This document shows positions 10,376 to 20,400 of a stretch of 64,000 bases of DNA, one piece after another. The position numbers and the translations under genes were made by a program. Position 1 is the stretch's first letter. Every line of letters starts with the position of its first letter. This stretch comes from Agriterribacter sp. (GTDB lineage Bacteria > Bacteroidota > Bacteroidia > Chitinophagales > Chitinophagaceae): assembly GCA_041484195.1 (NCBI GenBank), contig JBGPHC010000010.1, positions 28,468 through 92,467 on the forward strand, written 5' to 3'. The notes beneath the pieces are model-generated. The model did not search any database and was not told where the DNA came from. It saw only the letters and a list, made by a program, of their open reading frames with translations.

Positions 10376-11191
10376 TTATTTTCGTCTGCCAAATAGGATG
10401 GAAACATAGGCGTTTGAGAAGAATTTCTTTGGGCTGACCATGACCATCTGGTCAATATCTTTGAAATAATACTCAGCATTGAATCCCACTTCTATGGCGG
10501 ATATGAGGTAGTTGAACCGGTTATAGTCAAATCGCAGGGCAGTCTTCAAATGCAGTCCGGGCGCAAATTTCATTTCATTCCATCCTTTTCCAAGACCGGT
10601 ACCACCTATGATTCTGTTGCTCAGGAACAAGGCACTATCCTGTGTGGAGAATTTGATATCGCGAGTCAAGCCAGTGGAATCACTCACTTCCAGATAATAG
10701 GGCCTCAATAAACCCGCGGAAAATCCTCCCACCATGATCCCATAAACGGCCACTCCATTCTTATTCCCTTTGCCACCAATCATCACCTGTTGGCCGGCAC
10801 CCAATTTGAGCTGATAAAAGATATTCTTCTTGCCGTAAATAAATGGATTCCCCAATAAATAAAATCCGCCACCTACGGGTTGAGAATGACTTTGCTTTTC
10901 TTCCTTGGGATGTTTCTTTTCATTAAACTCCAGTTGAAAAATGGTCGTCTTATTCACAGACTTCACGATTCCTTTTTCATAAGACAGTCCCCAGCCATCG
11001 GTATTCAGTTTAGCGCCGAAAACACTTTGCTTGCGAAATGCGGGTTCCCCTTCTTCTTCCATCCTCATGATCTCATTGATCCTGTCTTTTTTTGCTCTTT
11101 TCTTATCACCCTTATATTTATTTGAAGGGACCTGGGCGAAAACGATGCAAGCAGCGAACGAGAGGAGGCAGACTAGACTGAGTTTCTTCAC
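10376..11191 (-). CDS. Hypothetical secreted / outer-membrane beta-barrel-like protein
   Basis: 271 aa with signal peptide MKKLSLVCLLSFAACIVFAQ, Gly/aromatic-rich alternating segments and a C-terminal aromatic-rich strand. No catalytic motif recognised. Confidence 0.6.
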   Translation of the reverse strand: MKKLSLVCLLSFAACIVFAQVPSNKYKGDKKRAKKDRINEIMRMEEEGEPAFRKQSVFGAKLNTDGWGLSYEKGIVKSVNKTTIFQLEFNEKKHPKEEKQSHSQPVGGGFYLLGNPFIYGKKNIFYQLKLGAGQQVMIGGKGNKNGVAVYGIMVGGFSAGLLRPYYLEVSDSTGLTRDIKFSTQDSALFLSNRIIGGTGLGKGWNEMKFAPGLHLKTALRFDYNRFNYLISAIEVGFNAEYYFKDIDQMVMVSPKKFFSNAYVSILFGRRK

Positions 11192-11240
11192 GGCTTTTTA
11201 TTTAGGTTCTTTAAACGTAAATTTATGGAAAATTAATACA

Positions 11241-11666
11241 ATGACTTCAACTGTAGTTTACGATGAAAACCTACGTACGGTTTGCACGCATCTCAGATCG
11301 GGATCCCGAATAGAAACCGATGCGCCGGTTGATAACCAGGGAAAGGGTCAGCGATTTTCGCCTTCGGATATGGTGGCTACGGCGCTGGGTAGCTGTATGC
11401 TCACGATCATGGGCATGAGAGCCAGGGATATGAACCTCGACCTTAAGGGGGTTAACATAGAAGTTGAGAAGATCATGCTTGCCGATCCCAGGAGAATTGG
11501 TGGCATAAATTTAACATTTCATTTCCCCGATAATCTGAAGACTGATGAGAAACAAAGAAAAGTGCTGGAACTGGCTGCACATAGCTGCCCGGTGATTTAT
11601 AGCATCCATCCTGACATCAAAGTGAAAACAGCTTTCAATTGGGAACCGGCATTGCTAATCCGCTAG
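11241..11666 (+). CDS. OsmC/Ohr-family peroxiredoxin-like protein
   Basis: 141 aa from ATG 11241 (MTSTVVYDENL). The two conserved Cys contexts are GSCMLTIMG and AHSCPV. The longer track ORF (from 11031) overlaps the divergent upstream gene and is rejected. Confidence 0.8.
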   Translation: MTSTVVYDENLRTVCTHLRSGSRIETDAPVDNQGKGQRFSPSDMVATALGSCMLTIMGMRARDMNLDLKGVNIEVEKIMLADPRRIGGINLTFHFPDNLKTDEKQRKVLELAAHSCPVIYSIHPDIKVKTAFNWEPALLIR

Positions 11667-11675
11667 CCCGGATTC

Positions 11676-12968
11676 TCAACCGCCCCCAATCATTTTTTTA
11701 AGTAATGCATTTCCAATAGCACAATCCAGACAGCGTTTCCTTTTGCAATAGGAATGGTGTAATTCAATTAATGCCTGGGAGTCTGATGCCGAGCGGCTGA
11801 TGACCCCGATTCTGTCCCATTCTGCCAAAATCGAATTTCTTTCTGTGGCAACCCGATCAAGCCAATTCAAGGCCTTTTCTTTATGATATTCTTCATTGTG
11901 CATGAGGCCATATGCGAACAATGATGGAACCACGGTATTGATAATGATATTATCAATCATCTGACGGCCCAGTGTTTTTTTCCTGAATGAGGATGCTTCG
12001 TCCCATACATAGCGGTAATGCCAATAATCATTTGCAGTTACCTCCAGTAATTTCCTGACCTGCTTTATTGAATCGGCTTCACGAATCTGGGAAAACAGGT
12101 GCGTGGACTGGTGGATTAGCATGGCCAGTTGCGCGAGCCGGAGACTGGGGAAATTTCCGGGTCTCATGCGCAGGAAATGGATCGGTGGCTTGATAGGTGT
12201 GATGCGATACTTGGTTCTTAGGAATTCGTATTCCTTTTTCAGCATAGCAGGATATTTGTCATTGAATTCCCGGTCAAGCAATCCCGCCTGCCCAAACAGA
12301 AATGCTTCCAATTGTTGTACCTGGTTTTTATGTTTTGTGAGGATTCGGATCGGTAACGACATGGCGATGCTTTCAAAGGATTCAGCGTTGAGGTGGATTC
12401 CAAAATTCCGGGCGATGACCCACCAGAATACTTCCTCCCAATGATTCCTGCAATGCTTTAAATGTTCAGAGATTAGCCCCGCTTTTCGTTCCAGTCTTTC
12501 GGCTATCATGCGCTGTTTCCATGAAGCCCAAACCAGGGATTTGACCCTGTCGATATTTCCCGCGCAGGCAATGGGGTTTGGAGCCTGCATTAATTCTTCG
12601 TAGCGCTGGAGTAATAATTTGGAAACCTTGTCCTGCAGCACCAGCGCAGGAATTGGATTGCCTGATGAATTTCTAATGGATACATCATTTTCCCAGACAA
12701 CATGCAGGATGATATTGCTGTAATTCCTGTCGGATGCATGTTTGTGAAGATTCCAATCTGAGGCATGCACATGCAATTCAACATGGCCCGCCCAGGTATT
12801 GTCACCGATCCTGATCCTGGCTCCTTTGAAATCCGGACCCTGGTTCGAATTCCATTCCCCCGGGTTTATGATCTGCAAAGGATCTCCCTCGGATGTGAGT
12901 AATTCGGTCCTGTTGAAATACTGCATTTGCCAGATGAATTGCAAGAGGCGCTCTGTCATAGACTGCAA
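11676..12968 (-). CDS. DUF2851-family protein
   Basis: 430 aa with N-terminal LLQFIWQMQYF and a C-terminal CxxxxxxCxxC cluster (YCKRKRCLDCAIGN), typical of the Bacteroidota DUF2851 family as I recall it. Confidence 0.7.
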   Translation of the reverse strand: MQSMTERLLQFIWQMQYFNRTELLTSEGDPLQIINPGEWNSNQGPDFKGARIRIGDNTWAGHVELHVHASDWNLHKHASDRNYSNIILHVVWENDVSIRNSSGNPIPALVLQDKVSKLLLQRYEELMQAPNPIACAGNIDRVKSLVWASWKQRMIAERLERKAGLISEHLKHCRNHWEEVFWWVIARNFGIHLNAESFESIAMSLPIRILTKHKNQVQQLEAFLFGQAGLLDREFNDKYPAMLKKEYEFLRTKYRITPIKPPIHFLRMRPGNFPSLRLAQLAMLIHQSTHLFSQIREADSIKQVRKLLEVTANDYWHYRYVWDEASSFRKKTLGRQMIDNIIINTVVPSLFAYGLMHNEEYHKEKALNWLDRVATERNSILAEWDRIGVISRSASDSQALIELHHSYCKRKRCLDCAIGNALLKKMIGGG

Positions 12969-13201
12969 CTTGTGGCCTGGTACCCCTTCTTCATCAGAAT
13001 CCAGGTATTGCCAGGAATGAAATGGAATATCCAGACTGGAAATTCCAATGACTCCAATTTACAGTCCCCGGCCAAAATCCACAACAGGGAAAAAGCCCAG
13101 CATCTGATGTTAAGTTCCTCGAAATTCAAAGTGATTTTTAGGAAAGAAATTAGTGAGTTTGAAGTATCGGGGCAAGGCTGATTGCATTTTGGAATGACTG
13201 C

Positions 13202-13792
13202 TCAGTCCTGATTCGACATCTGGTCCAGCGCCACCAGCACGCGACTCACGGGAAGCCCCATTACATTGAAAAAGTCACCGGTTATGGACCTGACCCCGAT
13301 TACGCCTATCCATTCCTGTATGGCATAAGCACCGGCCTTGTCGTATGGCTTATACTTGTCAACGTAATATTCAATCTGGTCAATGGTCAATTCACGAAAC
13401 CATACTTCCGTGATATCGGCGAATGAGATTTCTTCTTTCCTGTCCAGCAGCACTACCCCGGTAATCACCTGGTGTTTTTTACCCGACAATAATCTTAAAA
13501 TGCGGATGGCGTCTTTCCTGTCTTCCGGCTTACCAATAACCTGATCACCTAATAATACTAGTGTGTCGGCCGCCAATATTATAGGATTACTTTCATACCT
13601 GCCGAAGATATCTGAACCCTGCACAGCCAAGGCTTTCTGACGGGCTATATAGATTGCGGTTTGTTCCGGTTCAAGGCCGGCAGGGCTAAGTTCATCGGTC
13701 TGTTTCGCTATTACGTCAAATTCTACTTCGGCCCATTCGAGCAATTGTTTTCTTCTGGGTGATTGAGAAGCTAATACAATTTTTTCCATCAA
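13202..13792 (-). CDS. maf: Maf-like nucleoside triphosphate pyrophosphatase
   Basis: 196 aa with motif LASQSPRRKQLL and AGAYAIQ. Its start overlaps the upstream UbiA gene stop by 4 nt. Confidence 0.9.
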   Translation of the reverse strand: MMEKIVLASQSPRRKQLLEWAEVEFDVIAKQTDELSPAGLEPEQTAIYIARQKALAVQGSDIFGRYESNPIILAADTLVLLGDQVIGKPEDRKDAIRILRLLSGKKHQVITGVVLLDRKEEISFADITEVWFRELTIDQIEYYVDKYKPYDKAGAYAIQEWIGVIGVRSITGDFFNVMGLPVSRVLVALDQMSNQD

Positions 13793-14751
13793 CTATACAA
13801 TTTAAAGAAGATCATGGACAGGATACCGGTGAGCATCACGAACTTAATGGCGGAACTGAGTCTATGGAAATCCGGGGCCCTGTTGGCTGTGTACAATCTT
13901 CGCAGGATAAGCACAAGTGGAAGAATCACAAGCAGCAGGCAATATATTGCACTGGGCCACCAGCCCAATCGCAGTGCATAAAATTGGATCACGGCCAGTG
14001 CGCAAATCAGCACTATCAACCATACCGCCGCAAAAACTTTCGAAACAGGAACTCCCCAAACCACAGGCATTGTTCTGCATCCGTAGCGGCTGTCACCTTC
14101 CATATCTTCAATATCTTTCACCACTTCCCGAACCAATGATATGATGAAGGCGAATCCACCATAAAGGAATGCCAGGCGGGCTGTTCTCCTAAGCATATAT
14201 TCATCAAAATCCTGCACAATTCGCCATCCCGGAATCAGGTTAGCGGGGAAATGGTCAATAAAGAAATAGACTACCAACACCACCCAGGCAGTCAGCATGG
14301 CAATGATCACGTTTCCCACCAGGAATTTCTTTTTGAAGGTGGTGGAATAAAACCATAACAATAATACGCATCCAAGGTTTGCGAACCCGATCAGCCAATT
14401 TCCGGTTACGAATGAGATATAGAAACCCATTACAACCCCGGCCGTGGAAAATAGCCAATGCCAGATGATAGCCCAACGGCGATGAATCAATTTTGCAATC
14501 ACCATCCTCCCGGGCTTATTCACCTGATCAATATTGAGATCGAAATAATCGTTGATAACGTATCCACCGGCGGCTATGCAGACCGATGATGCGACCAGCA
14601 GGCTCAGCAGGATAAATTCATCGGACACGGACTGGCCACCCGGATTAATGTGTGGCAATATGATACAATAATAAAACAGGTATTGGGTAATAGCGATGAA
14701 TATCAGGTTGGGAAAGCGAATAAGTCTGAAGAACGCAGCGATAAGCTTCAT
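13789..14751 (-). CDS. UbiA-superfamily prenyltransferase (DGGGP-synthase-like clade)
   Basis: 320 aa and polytopic. First Asp-rich motif is NDYFDLNID and the second is KDIEDMEGD. Confidence 0.8.
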   Translation of the reverse strand: MKLIAAFFRLIRFPNLIFIAITQYLFYYCIILPHINPGGQSVSDEFILLSLLVASSVCIAAGGYVINDYFDLNIDQVNKPGRMVIAKLIHRRWAIIWHWLFSTAGVVMGFYISFVTGNWLIGFANLGCVLLLWFYSTTFKKKFLVGNVIIAMLTAWVVLVVYFFIDHFPANLIPGWRIVQDFDEYMLRRTARLAFLYGGFAFIISLVREVVKDIEDMEGDSRYGCRTMPVVWGVPVSKVFAAVWLIVLICALAVIQFYALRLGWWPSAIYCLLLVILPLVLILRRLYTANRAPDFHRLSSAIKFVMLTGILSMIFFKLYS

Positions 14752-14887
14752 AACAGTATTGATTCAAATGTAAACTGCAGATAGCATCCATGAAAGGTAT
14801 TGAAAGGATCAGAGGCGCTTTTCTCCTGCAATAAATTATTCTTATGATGGTGGTGAATTCCTCTCCGCTGCAGGCTTCTCCTGAACA

Positions 14888-15409
14888 TCAGATACTTTTC
14901 AAAGAGGTGTCCAATTCCCATTGCCCCTGTAGCCTTAGTACTTTTTCGATAACATCTCTGGCACAGCCCTCTCCGCCTTTGAATGGCGATATATATCTGG
15001 AGATTCCCCTGATGTCACTCGCCGCATCGGATGGGCAACAGGGCAAACCCACCATCTGCATAACGCTGTAATCCGGGATATCGTCTCCCATATACAGTAC
15101 CTGTTCGGGCTTTAATTGGTGATCTTGCATATAACTTAACAATCGCGATTTCTTGTCGCTCTCCCGCTGGTAAAACGCCGTGATCCCCAAATGTGCCAGT
15201 CTTTCGGCAACCGGCTCGGAATGAGAACCCGTAATGACCGCGATCCTGTATCCTCTTTTCACCGCGTACTGCATTGCATATCCATCTTTGATATTCATCT
15301 TTCGTATATATTGGTTGCCCGGATCGATCAGGAGGCTTCCATCCGTGAGCACACCATCCACGTCGAACACAAAAGTGTCAATGGCTTTAAATAGTTCCAG
15401 AACATTCAC
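14888..15409 (-). CDS. HAD-IIIA phosphatase, KdsC-like (KDO-8-phosphate phosphatase family)
   Basis: 173 aa with HAD motif I FVFDVDGVLTDG and motif IV MGDDIPD. Confidence 0.8.
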   Translation of the reverse strand: MNVLELFKAIDTFVFDVDGVLTDGSLLIDPGNQYIRKMNIKDGYAMQYAVKRGYRIAVITGSHSEPVAERLAHLGITAFYQRESDKKSRLLSYMQDHQLKPEQVLYMGDDIPDYSVMQMVGLPCCPSDAASDIRGISRYISPFKGGEGCARDVIEKVLRLQGQWELDTSLKSI

Positions 15410-15958
15410 AAAACAGATTGATTTGATTGTTATGACAATGAATCATGACATCCTCACAGTCAGCGCTGATAAGCCATCCCCTGCCGATTTGGCTTCCACA
15501 TAAAATTCATCTAAGGGCCCGCAAACCTACTCTACAATTCATTCCTCACAAAATCCATTGCAAACTTACCGTCCCGGCAAAGGGGCAAAAAATTAATTTG
15601 TTTCTTTTGGAGAAAATCTTGCAAATAATAAAGCTTATTTCTATTTTGTCGTGCCTTGTCCCATTTGCATCTGTTCCACAATCCAAAATATGACAATCTG
15701 TATGGGATTCTCAGAAAACTTATCTTCATTTACCAGGGACTTAAAAAATATCATTTCGCTGCTTTCGTCATCAGTAACTATCCGCGGACTTAAATTTTCA
15801 GGAATTCTTCCCTTTTCATTCCCCCTAAAATTATTCGCCCAGGATAGCTGCTTTCTAATCGGAAAACCCGGTATAGCCCCACATAAAATCTTTCGACCCA
15901 TTAAATGAGTGCCTTTGCTTGCCTTCAACACAGGCGTTGAGGTAGGTTGACACACCCG

Positions 15959-15991
15959 GCCCTGCTGCATCACGCAGCGGGGCATTTTTTT
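15959..15991 (+). terminator. Rho-independent terminator with no annotated plus-strand gene upstream
   Basis: Stem GCCCTGCTGC / GCAGCGGGGC (10 bp, one G-U pair), loop ATCAC, then A followed by T7. It is preceded by a second hairpin, CCTTCAAC/GTTGAGG, at 15922-15942. Confidence 0.7.
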
Positions 15992-16026
15992 GATCTTGCC
16001 GACGGCAGATCCGCTATACTTTCTCT

Positions 16027-16800
16027 TTAAGCCACATGATCACGATGGAAATCCTGAATACTTGCTGATAACTGCCGGTATATTTTTTTCAGAGCCGGAT
16101 ATTTCTTCAGCGTTTTCATATGCAGGCTCATGGTCGGACGATCATTTCTAATGGCCGGCCCTGTTTGGAGTGATGCGGGTGACTGGGTTCGGATTCTGTC
16201 GGCCGTTTCCATGATCAAGGGCGACAATATGTGGAAGTCCACAGATTCTTTTTGGCAAAATTCTTCTGCCAGAGCATATAAATGATTTGTAAAATTACCA
16301 GTAATAACTGCCGAGACATGCAGTTTCAGTCTTTGCTCATCATCTGCTCTTTGCACGATGGGGGAAATGCTCTGTGCAAAATCGCTTACTATGGCGAGAG
16401 ATTCGGCATTATTACCGTCAATGAGCAGTGGAATTTCGGGAATTTCTTCCAGATTGCTTCGCAGGCTTTGGAGTGGATATAATACGCCATAACGCCTGCT
16501 GATTTTTTTAAGTATTGAGATAGAAACAGAACCGGCTGTGTGCAGCACCAATGAATGGCGCAAGTTCAATACTTTGTGAATGTAAGGCAGAGCCGCATCC
16601 GAAATAGCCACCAGGTATATTTCAGCGCCGACATGCACATTGTTGAAATCATTGGTCGCCTCACAATTCAATCTCGCACCCAAGCCTCTCGCATGTGCCA
16701 GATTGTGACTCACGACCTGCAGAATTTCGTGGCCCGCCTGCTGGATCCTGGAGCCCAGCACGGTGGCGACATTACCCGATCCGATAATTACAAGTTTCAT
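16027..16800 (-). CDS. Rossmann-fold NAD(P)-binding protein with DUF2520-like C-terminal domain
   Basis: 257 aa with N-terminal MKLVIIGSGNVATVLG dinucleotide-binding motif. Confidence 0.7.
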   Translation of the reverse strand: MKLVIIGSGNVATVLGSRIQQAGHEILQVVSHNLAHARGLGARLNCEATNDFNNVHVGAEIYLVAISDAALPYIHKVLNLRHSLVLHTAGSVSISILKKISRRYGVLYPLQSLRSNLEEIPEIPLLIDGNNAESLAIVSDFAQSISPIVQRADDEQRLKLHVSAVITGNFTNHLYALAEEFCQKESVDFHILSPLIMETADRIRTQSPASLQTGPAIRNDRPTMSLHMKTLKKYPALKKIYRQLSASIQDFHRDHVA

Positions 16801-16818
16801 TATAACTTTGATTAATCA

Positions 16819-17661
16819 ATGAAATTAGTACAAAAAATTGCAGTTGACTATTACCATTTCAGCCTGAACCTGCTGGCGGCTTTTTCCAAACGTCGCGCTA
16901 CAGAAAAAGCACTTGACCTATTCTGTACCCCCCAGCAAAGGGCAGTGAAAAAAACTTTTCCGCAAAGTGAGAATCCAGAACCTATTTCATTCAGCCTGGA
17001 TGGTATGACCATCAGGGGCAACCGATGGAATCATCCCTCTGAAAAAAAATTGCTGATCATTCATGGATTCGAATCCAGTTCCGCGAATTTTGGCGGATAT
17101 ATTATTCCTCTGGTACAGAAAGGCTATGAAGTGATTGCTTTTGATGCTCCTGCCCATGGCAGAAGCGAGGGGACACAAATCAATCTGCCCCTGTTCCTGA
17201 AAACCATTCAACGGGTGCAGGACTTATATGGACCTTTGAATGCGGTTCTGGCTCATTCTTTTGGCGCTCTTGCCGCCACACATTTCGTGGAGCTTATACC
17301 AGACAATGATAGAATGAAGCTCGTACTCATTGCTCCTGCCACGGAAACCACAACGGCCATCGATTCATTTTTTAAATTGCTCAGGTTGAAAGAATCCCTG
17401 AGAAAGCCCTTTGATGAATTGATCGGTGAGAAAACAGGTTTTCCGTCCTCCTATTTTTCCATCAGGAGAGCGGTAGAAAATATCAGTGCATCCATACTCT
17501 GGATCCACGATGAAAATGATTTGATAACCCCCTTGAGCGACGCATTGCGGGTAAAAGAAGACCATCATTCTAATATTCAATTTGTATTCACGAAGGGCCT
17601 TGGTCACCGGCTGATTTACCGCGATCCTGCGGTTATGCAGCAGGTATTCCACTTCTTCTGA
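16819..17661 (+). CDS. Alpha/beta-fold hydrolase
   Basis: 280 aa with oxyanion-region IIHGFESS, nucleophile elbow AHSFGA, and a C-terminal GLGHRL His context. Confidence 0.75.
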   Translation: MKLVQKIAVDYYHFSLNLLAAFSKRRATEKALDLFCTPQQRAVKKTFPQSENPEPISFSLDGMTIRGNRWNHPSEKKLLIIHGFESSSANFGGYIIPLVQKGYEVIAFDAPAHGRSEGTQINLPLFLKTIQRVQDLYGPLNAVLAHSFGALAATHFVELIPDNDRMKLVLIAPATETTTAIDSFFKLLRLKESLRKPFDELIGEKTGFPSSYFSIRRAVENISASILWIHDENDLITPLSDALRVKEDHHSNIQFVFTKGLGHRLIYRDPAVMQQVFHFF

Positions 17662-17848
17662 TCCTTCATTTATTTTTGTTTATTGGCCGATTAATTTAAT
17701 ATTGCACCGTTGCGTCGGATCTAAGTATGCCATTTTTGAATATGAATATTGTTAAGAATCAACATCTTAAATGCAGGTATATGAGTCCGGCAGCATATTG
17801 CTTACCACCGCTTAAACCATATTAATAACCCGTAGAGTCGAGAAAAAC

Positions 17849-20194
17849 ATGGCGAAAAACCTATTGATTGTCGAGTCCCCCGCAAAAGCAAAGACGATAG
17901 AAAACATTTTGGGCGCGGACTTCGAAGTAAAGAGCTGCTATGGACATATCCGCGACCTTGAAAAGGTGGAAATGGGAATTGACGTGAATAATAATTTTAA
18001 GCCGCGCTATATAGTACCCGAAGAAAAGCAAAAAGTGGTGAAGGATTTGAAGGCCATTGCAAAAAAATCGGGAGAGGTATGGCTGGCTACGGATGAGGAC
18101 CGCGAAGGAGAAGCCATCAGTTGGCATTTGTGCGAAGTGCTTGGGTTGGATCCCAAGACTACCAAAAGAATTGTATTCCATGAAATTACTAAGCCGGCCA
18201 TCCTGGCGGCAGTAAAATCTCCCAGGACAGTTGATATGAACCTGGTGAATGCCCAACAGGCCAGGCGCATCCTGGACAGGATCGTAGGATTTGAATTATC
18301 GCCTGTGCTTTGGCGTAAGGTAAGTGTTCGCAACAACCTGAGCGCCGGACGCGTTCAGAGCGTGGCAGTAAGGCTGATCGCGGAGAGGGAGAGGGAGATC
18401 AACGCATTTACACCCATCGGTACTTTCAGGATAGAAGCCTGGTTCGAAGCCAAGGACGCGTCCAAGAGATCGGTCACGTTTAAGGCAGAGGGCAATAAAT
18501 TTTCTCAGGCAGCTGACGCGGAAGCATTTTTGAAAAGCTGTATCGGAGCAAATTATAAGGTGCGGGATATACAGGTGAAGCCCGCGAAGAAATCTCCCGC
18601 TGCACCATTTACCACCTCCACCCTGCAGCAGGAAGCCTCCAGGAAACTGGGTTATTCGGTTAGCCGTACTATGTTACTCGCCCAGAAATTGTATGAGACT
18701 GGTAATATTACATATATGCGTACCGACAGCGTAAACCTGAGCGAGACCGCCATGCAGGACATCACGCAGAAAATCAAGACCCAGTTCGGAGCCAATTTTG
18801 TTCAGGTGCGAAAGTATAAAAACAAAAATGAATCGGCCCAGGAGGCGCACGAGGCGATCAGGCCAACAGATATGGAGAGATTGACCGTGCCGGATGCGGA
18901 TTGCCGAAAATTGTATGATCTTGTCTGGAAGCGTACCATGGCCAGTCAGATGGCCGATGCGGAATTGGAAAAAACCATCGCGAAAATCAATATATCCACC
19001 AACAATGAGGACCTTACTGCCCAGGGCGAAGTCTTGAAATTCGAAGGATTTCTGAAAGTTTACCGGGAAGATCATGACGAAGAAGACATGACGGAGGAAG
19101 AGAGTGCAGAAAGCATGTTGCCTCCGCTGCGTGTTGGGCAGGCATTGGATTTCAGGGAAATGAAGGCCACGGAAAGATTCTCCCGTCCCGCTCCTCGATT
19201 TACCGAAGCTTCCCTGGTGAAAAAATTGGAAGAACTGGGAATCGGACGTCCGTCAACCTATGCGCCCACCATTTCCACCATACTCAAAAGAGGATATGTG
19301 GAAAAGCGAGATAAGGAAGGTGTGAAAAGATCATTCCGCATTTTGAAATTGAAAAATGATTCCATTACCAATGAAACCGGTGAGGAGAATACCGGAGCTG
19401 AAAAATCCAAACTCTTCCCAACCGATCTCGGACTTGTGGTAACCGATTTCCTCAAACAGTATTTCGATGACATCATGGACTATGGGTTCACGGCGCGCAT
19501 TGAAGAGGAATTTGACGAAGTAGCCCAGGGAAGGATGAAATGGAATAAGATGATTGATGATTTCTACAATCCATTCAAGAAGGATGTGGAAAAGACGATT
19601 GAAACGGCTCAGCGGGTGAGTGGTGAAAGAGAATTGGGTACGGATCCGGTCAGTGGTAAACCGGTAATCGCAAGGATGGGAAGGTATGGCCCCATGGTTC
19701 AGATGGGAAGCCAGGATGATGAAGAAAAACCAAAATTCGCGAAGCTGAAACCCAACCAAAGCATTGAAACAATTTCCCTGGATGAGGCCATGGACCTTTT
19801 CAGGCTGCCCAGGAATCTCGGGCAATTTGAGGCGAAAGATGTAACGGTCAGCATTGGACGCTTTGGCCCCTACCTGGCTCACGACGGCAAATTCTATTCA
19901 CTCGGAAAGGAATACGATCCATATAGCATTACCCCGGAAGAATCCATCCCACTCATTGTGGAAAAAAGGGCCGCCAAGGAACAGAGGACGATCAAGGTTT
20001 TTGAAAAAGATAAGATTCAGGTCTTGCGCGGACCCTATGGTCCTTATATCAAGCAGGGACTAAGGAATTACAAACTGAGCAAGGAACAACAGGAAAGGGC
20101 AGGCGAACTTACACTGGAAGAAGCAAAGGCCGTCATCGAAGAACTCAAAGCAAACCCTCCGAAGAAAAGTTTTCGGAGAAAGAAAAAAGAATAA
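17849..20194 (+). CDS. topA: DNA topoisomerase I
   Basis: 781 aa with TOPRIM start LLIVESPAKAKTI, DEDREGE, and active-site Tyr context ITYMRTDS. C-terminal GRYGPM/GRFGPY/GPYGPY repeats carry no Cys4 ribbons. Confidence 0.95.
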   Translation: MAKNLLIVESPAKAKTIENILGADFEVKSCYGHIRDLEKVEMGIDVNNNFKPRYIVPEEKQKVVKDLKAIAKKSGEVWLATDEDREGEAISWHLCEVLGLDPKTTKRIVFHEITKPAILAAVKSPRTVDMNLVNAQQARRILDRIVGFELSPVLWRKVSVRNNLSAGRVQSVAVRLIAEREREINAFTPIGTFRIEAWFEAKDASKRSVTFKAEGNKFSQAADAEAFLKSCIGANYKVRDIQVKPAKKSPAAPFTTSTLQQEASRKLGYSVSRTMLLAQKLYETGNITYMRTDSVNLSETAMQDITQKIKTQFGANFVQVRKYKNKNESAQEAHEAIRPTDMERLTVPDADCRKLYDLVWKRTMASQMADAELEKTIAKINISTNNEDLTAQGEVLKFEGFLKVYREDHDEEDMTEEESAESMLPPLRVGQALDFREMKATERFSRPAPRFTEASLVKKLEELGIGRPSTYAPTISTILKRGYVEKRDKEGVKRSFRILKLKNDSITNETGEENTGAEKSKLFPTDLGLVVTDFLKQYFDDIMDYGFTARIEEEFDEVAQGRMKWNKMIDDFYNPFKKDVEKTIETAQRVSGERELGTDPVSGKPVIARMGRYGPMVQMGSQDDEEKPKFAKLKPNQSIETISLDEAMDLFRLPRNLGQFEAKDVTVSIGRFGPYLAHDGKFYSLGKEYDPYSITPEESIPLIVEKRAAKEQRTIKVFEKDKIQVLRGPYGPYIKQGLRNYKLSKEQQERAGELTLEEAKAVIEELKANPPKKSFRRKKKE

Positions 20195-20400
20195 GACATT
20201 CCTGTTGCGCATCCGGAGAGAACTGAAACAACCATCTGCACCATCACTCATAAATGTCTCGTTGACCCTAATTCACAATTTGGGGTCACTTGTGGATAAG
20301 TTCAGGAACCCGCATAACGAACTTCCCCCGATATTTATTTTCAGAACTCCTTAACAATATTTTAAAGGTTTCCAGCGTCTATACATTCAGATTTGAACTC

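Noticed and set aside
15641-15985. 114-aa minus-strand ORF and 85-aa plus-strand ORF (15651-15908) in the 617-bp gap.
   Set aside because: Neither has recognisable motifs. The minus-strand ORF would have to start inside the plus-strand terminator hairpin. I keep them only as possibilities under the orphan-transcript finding.
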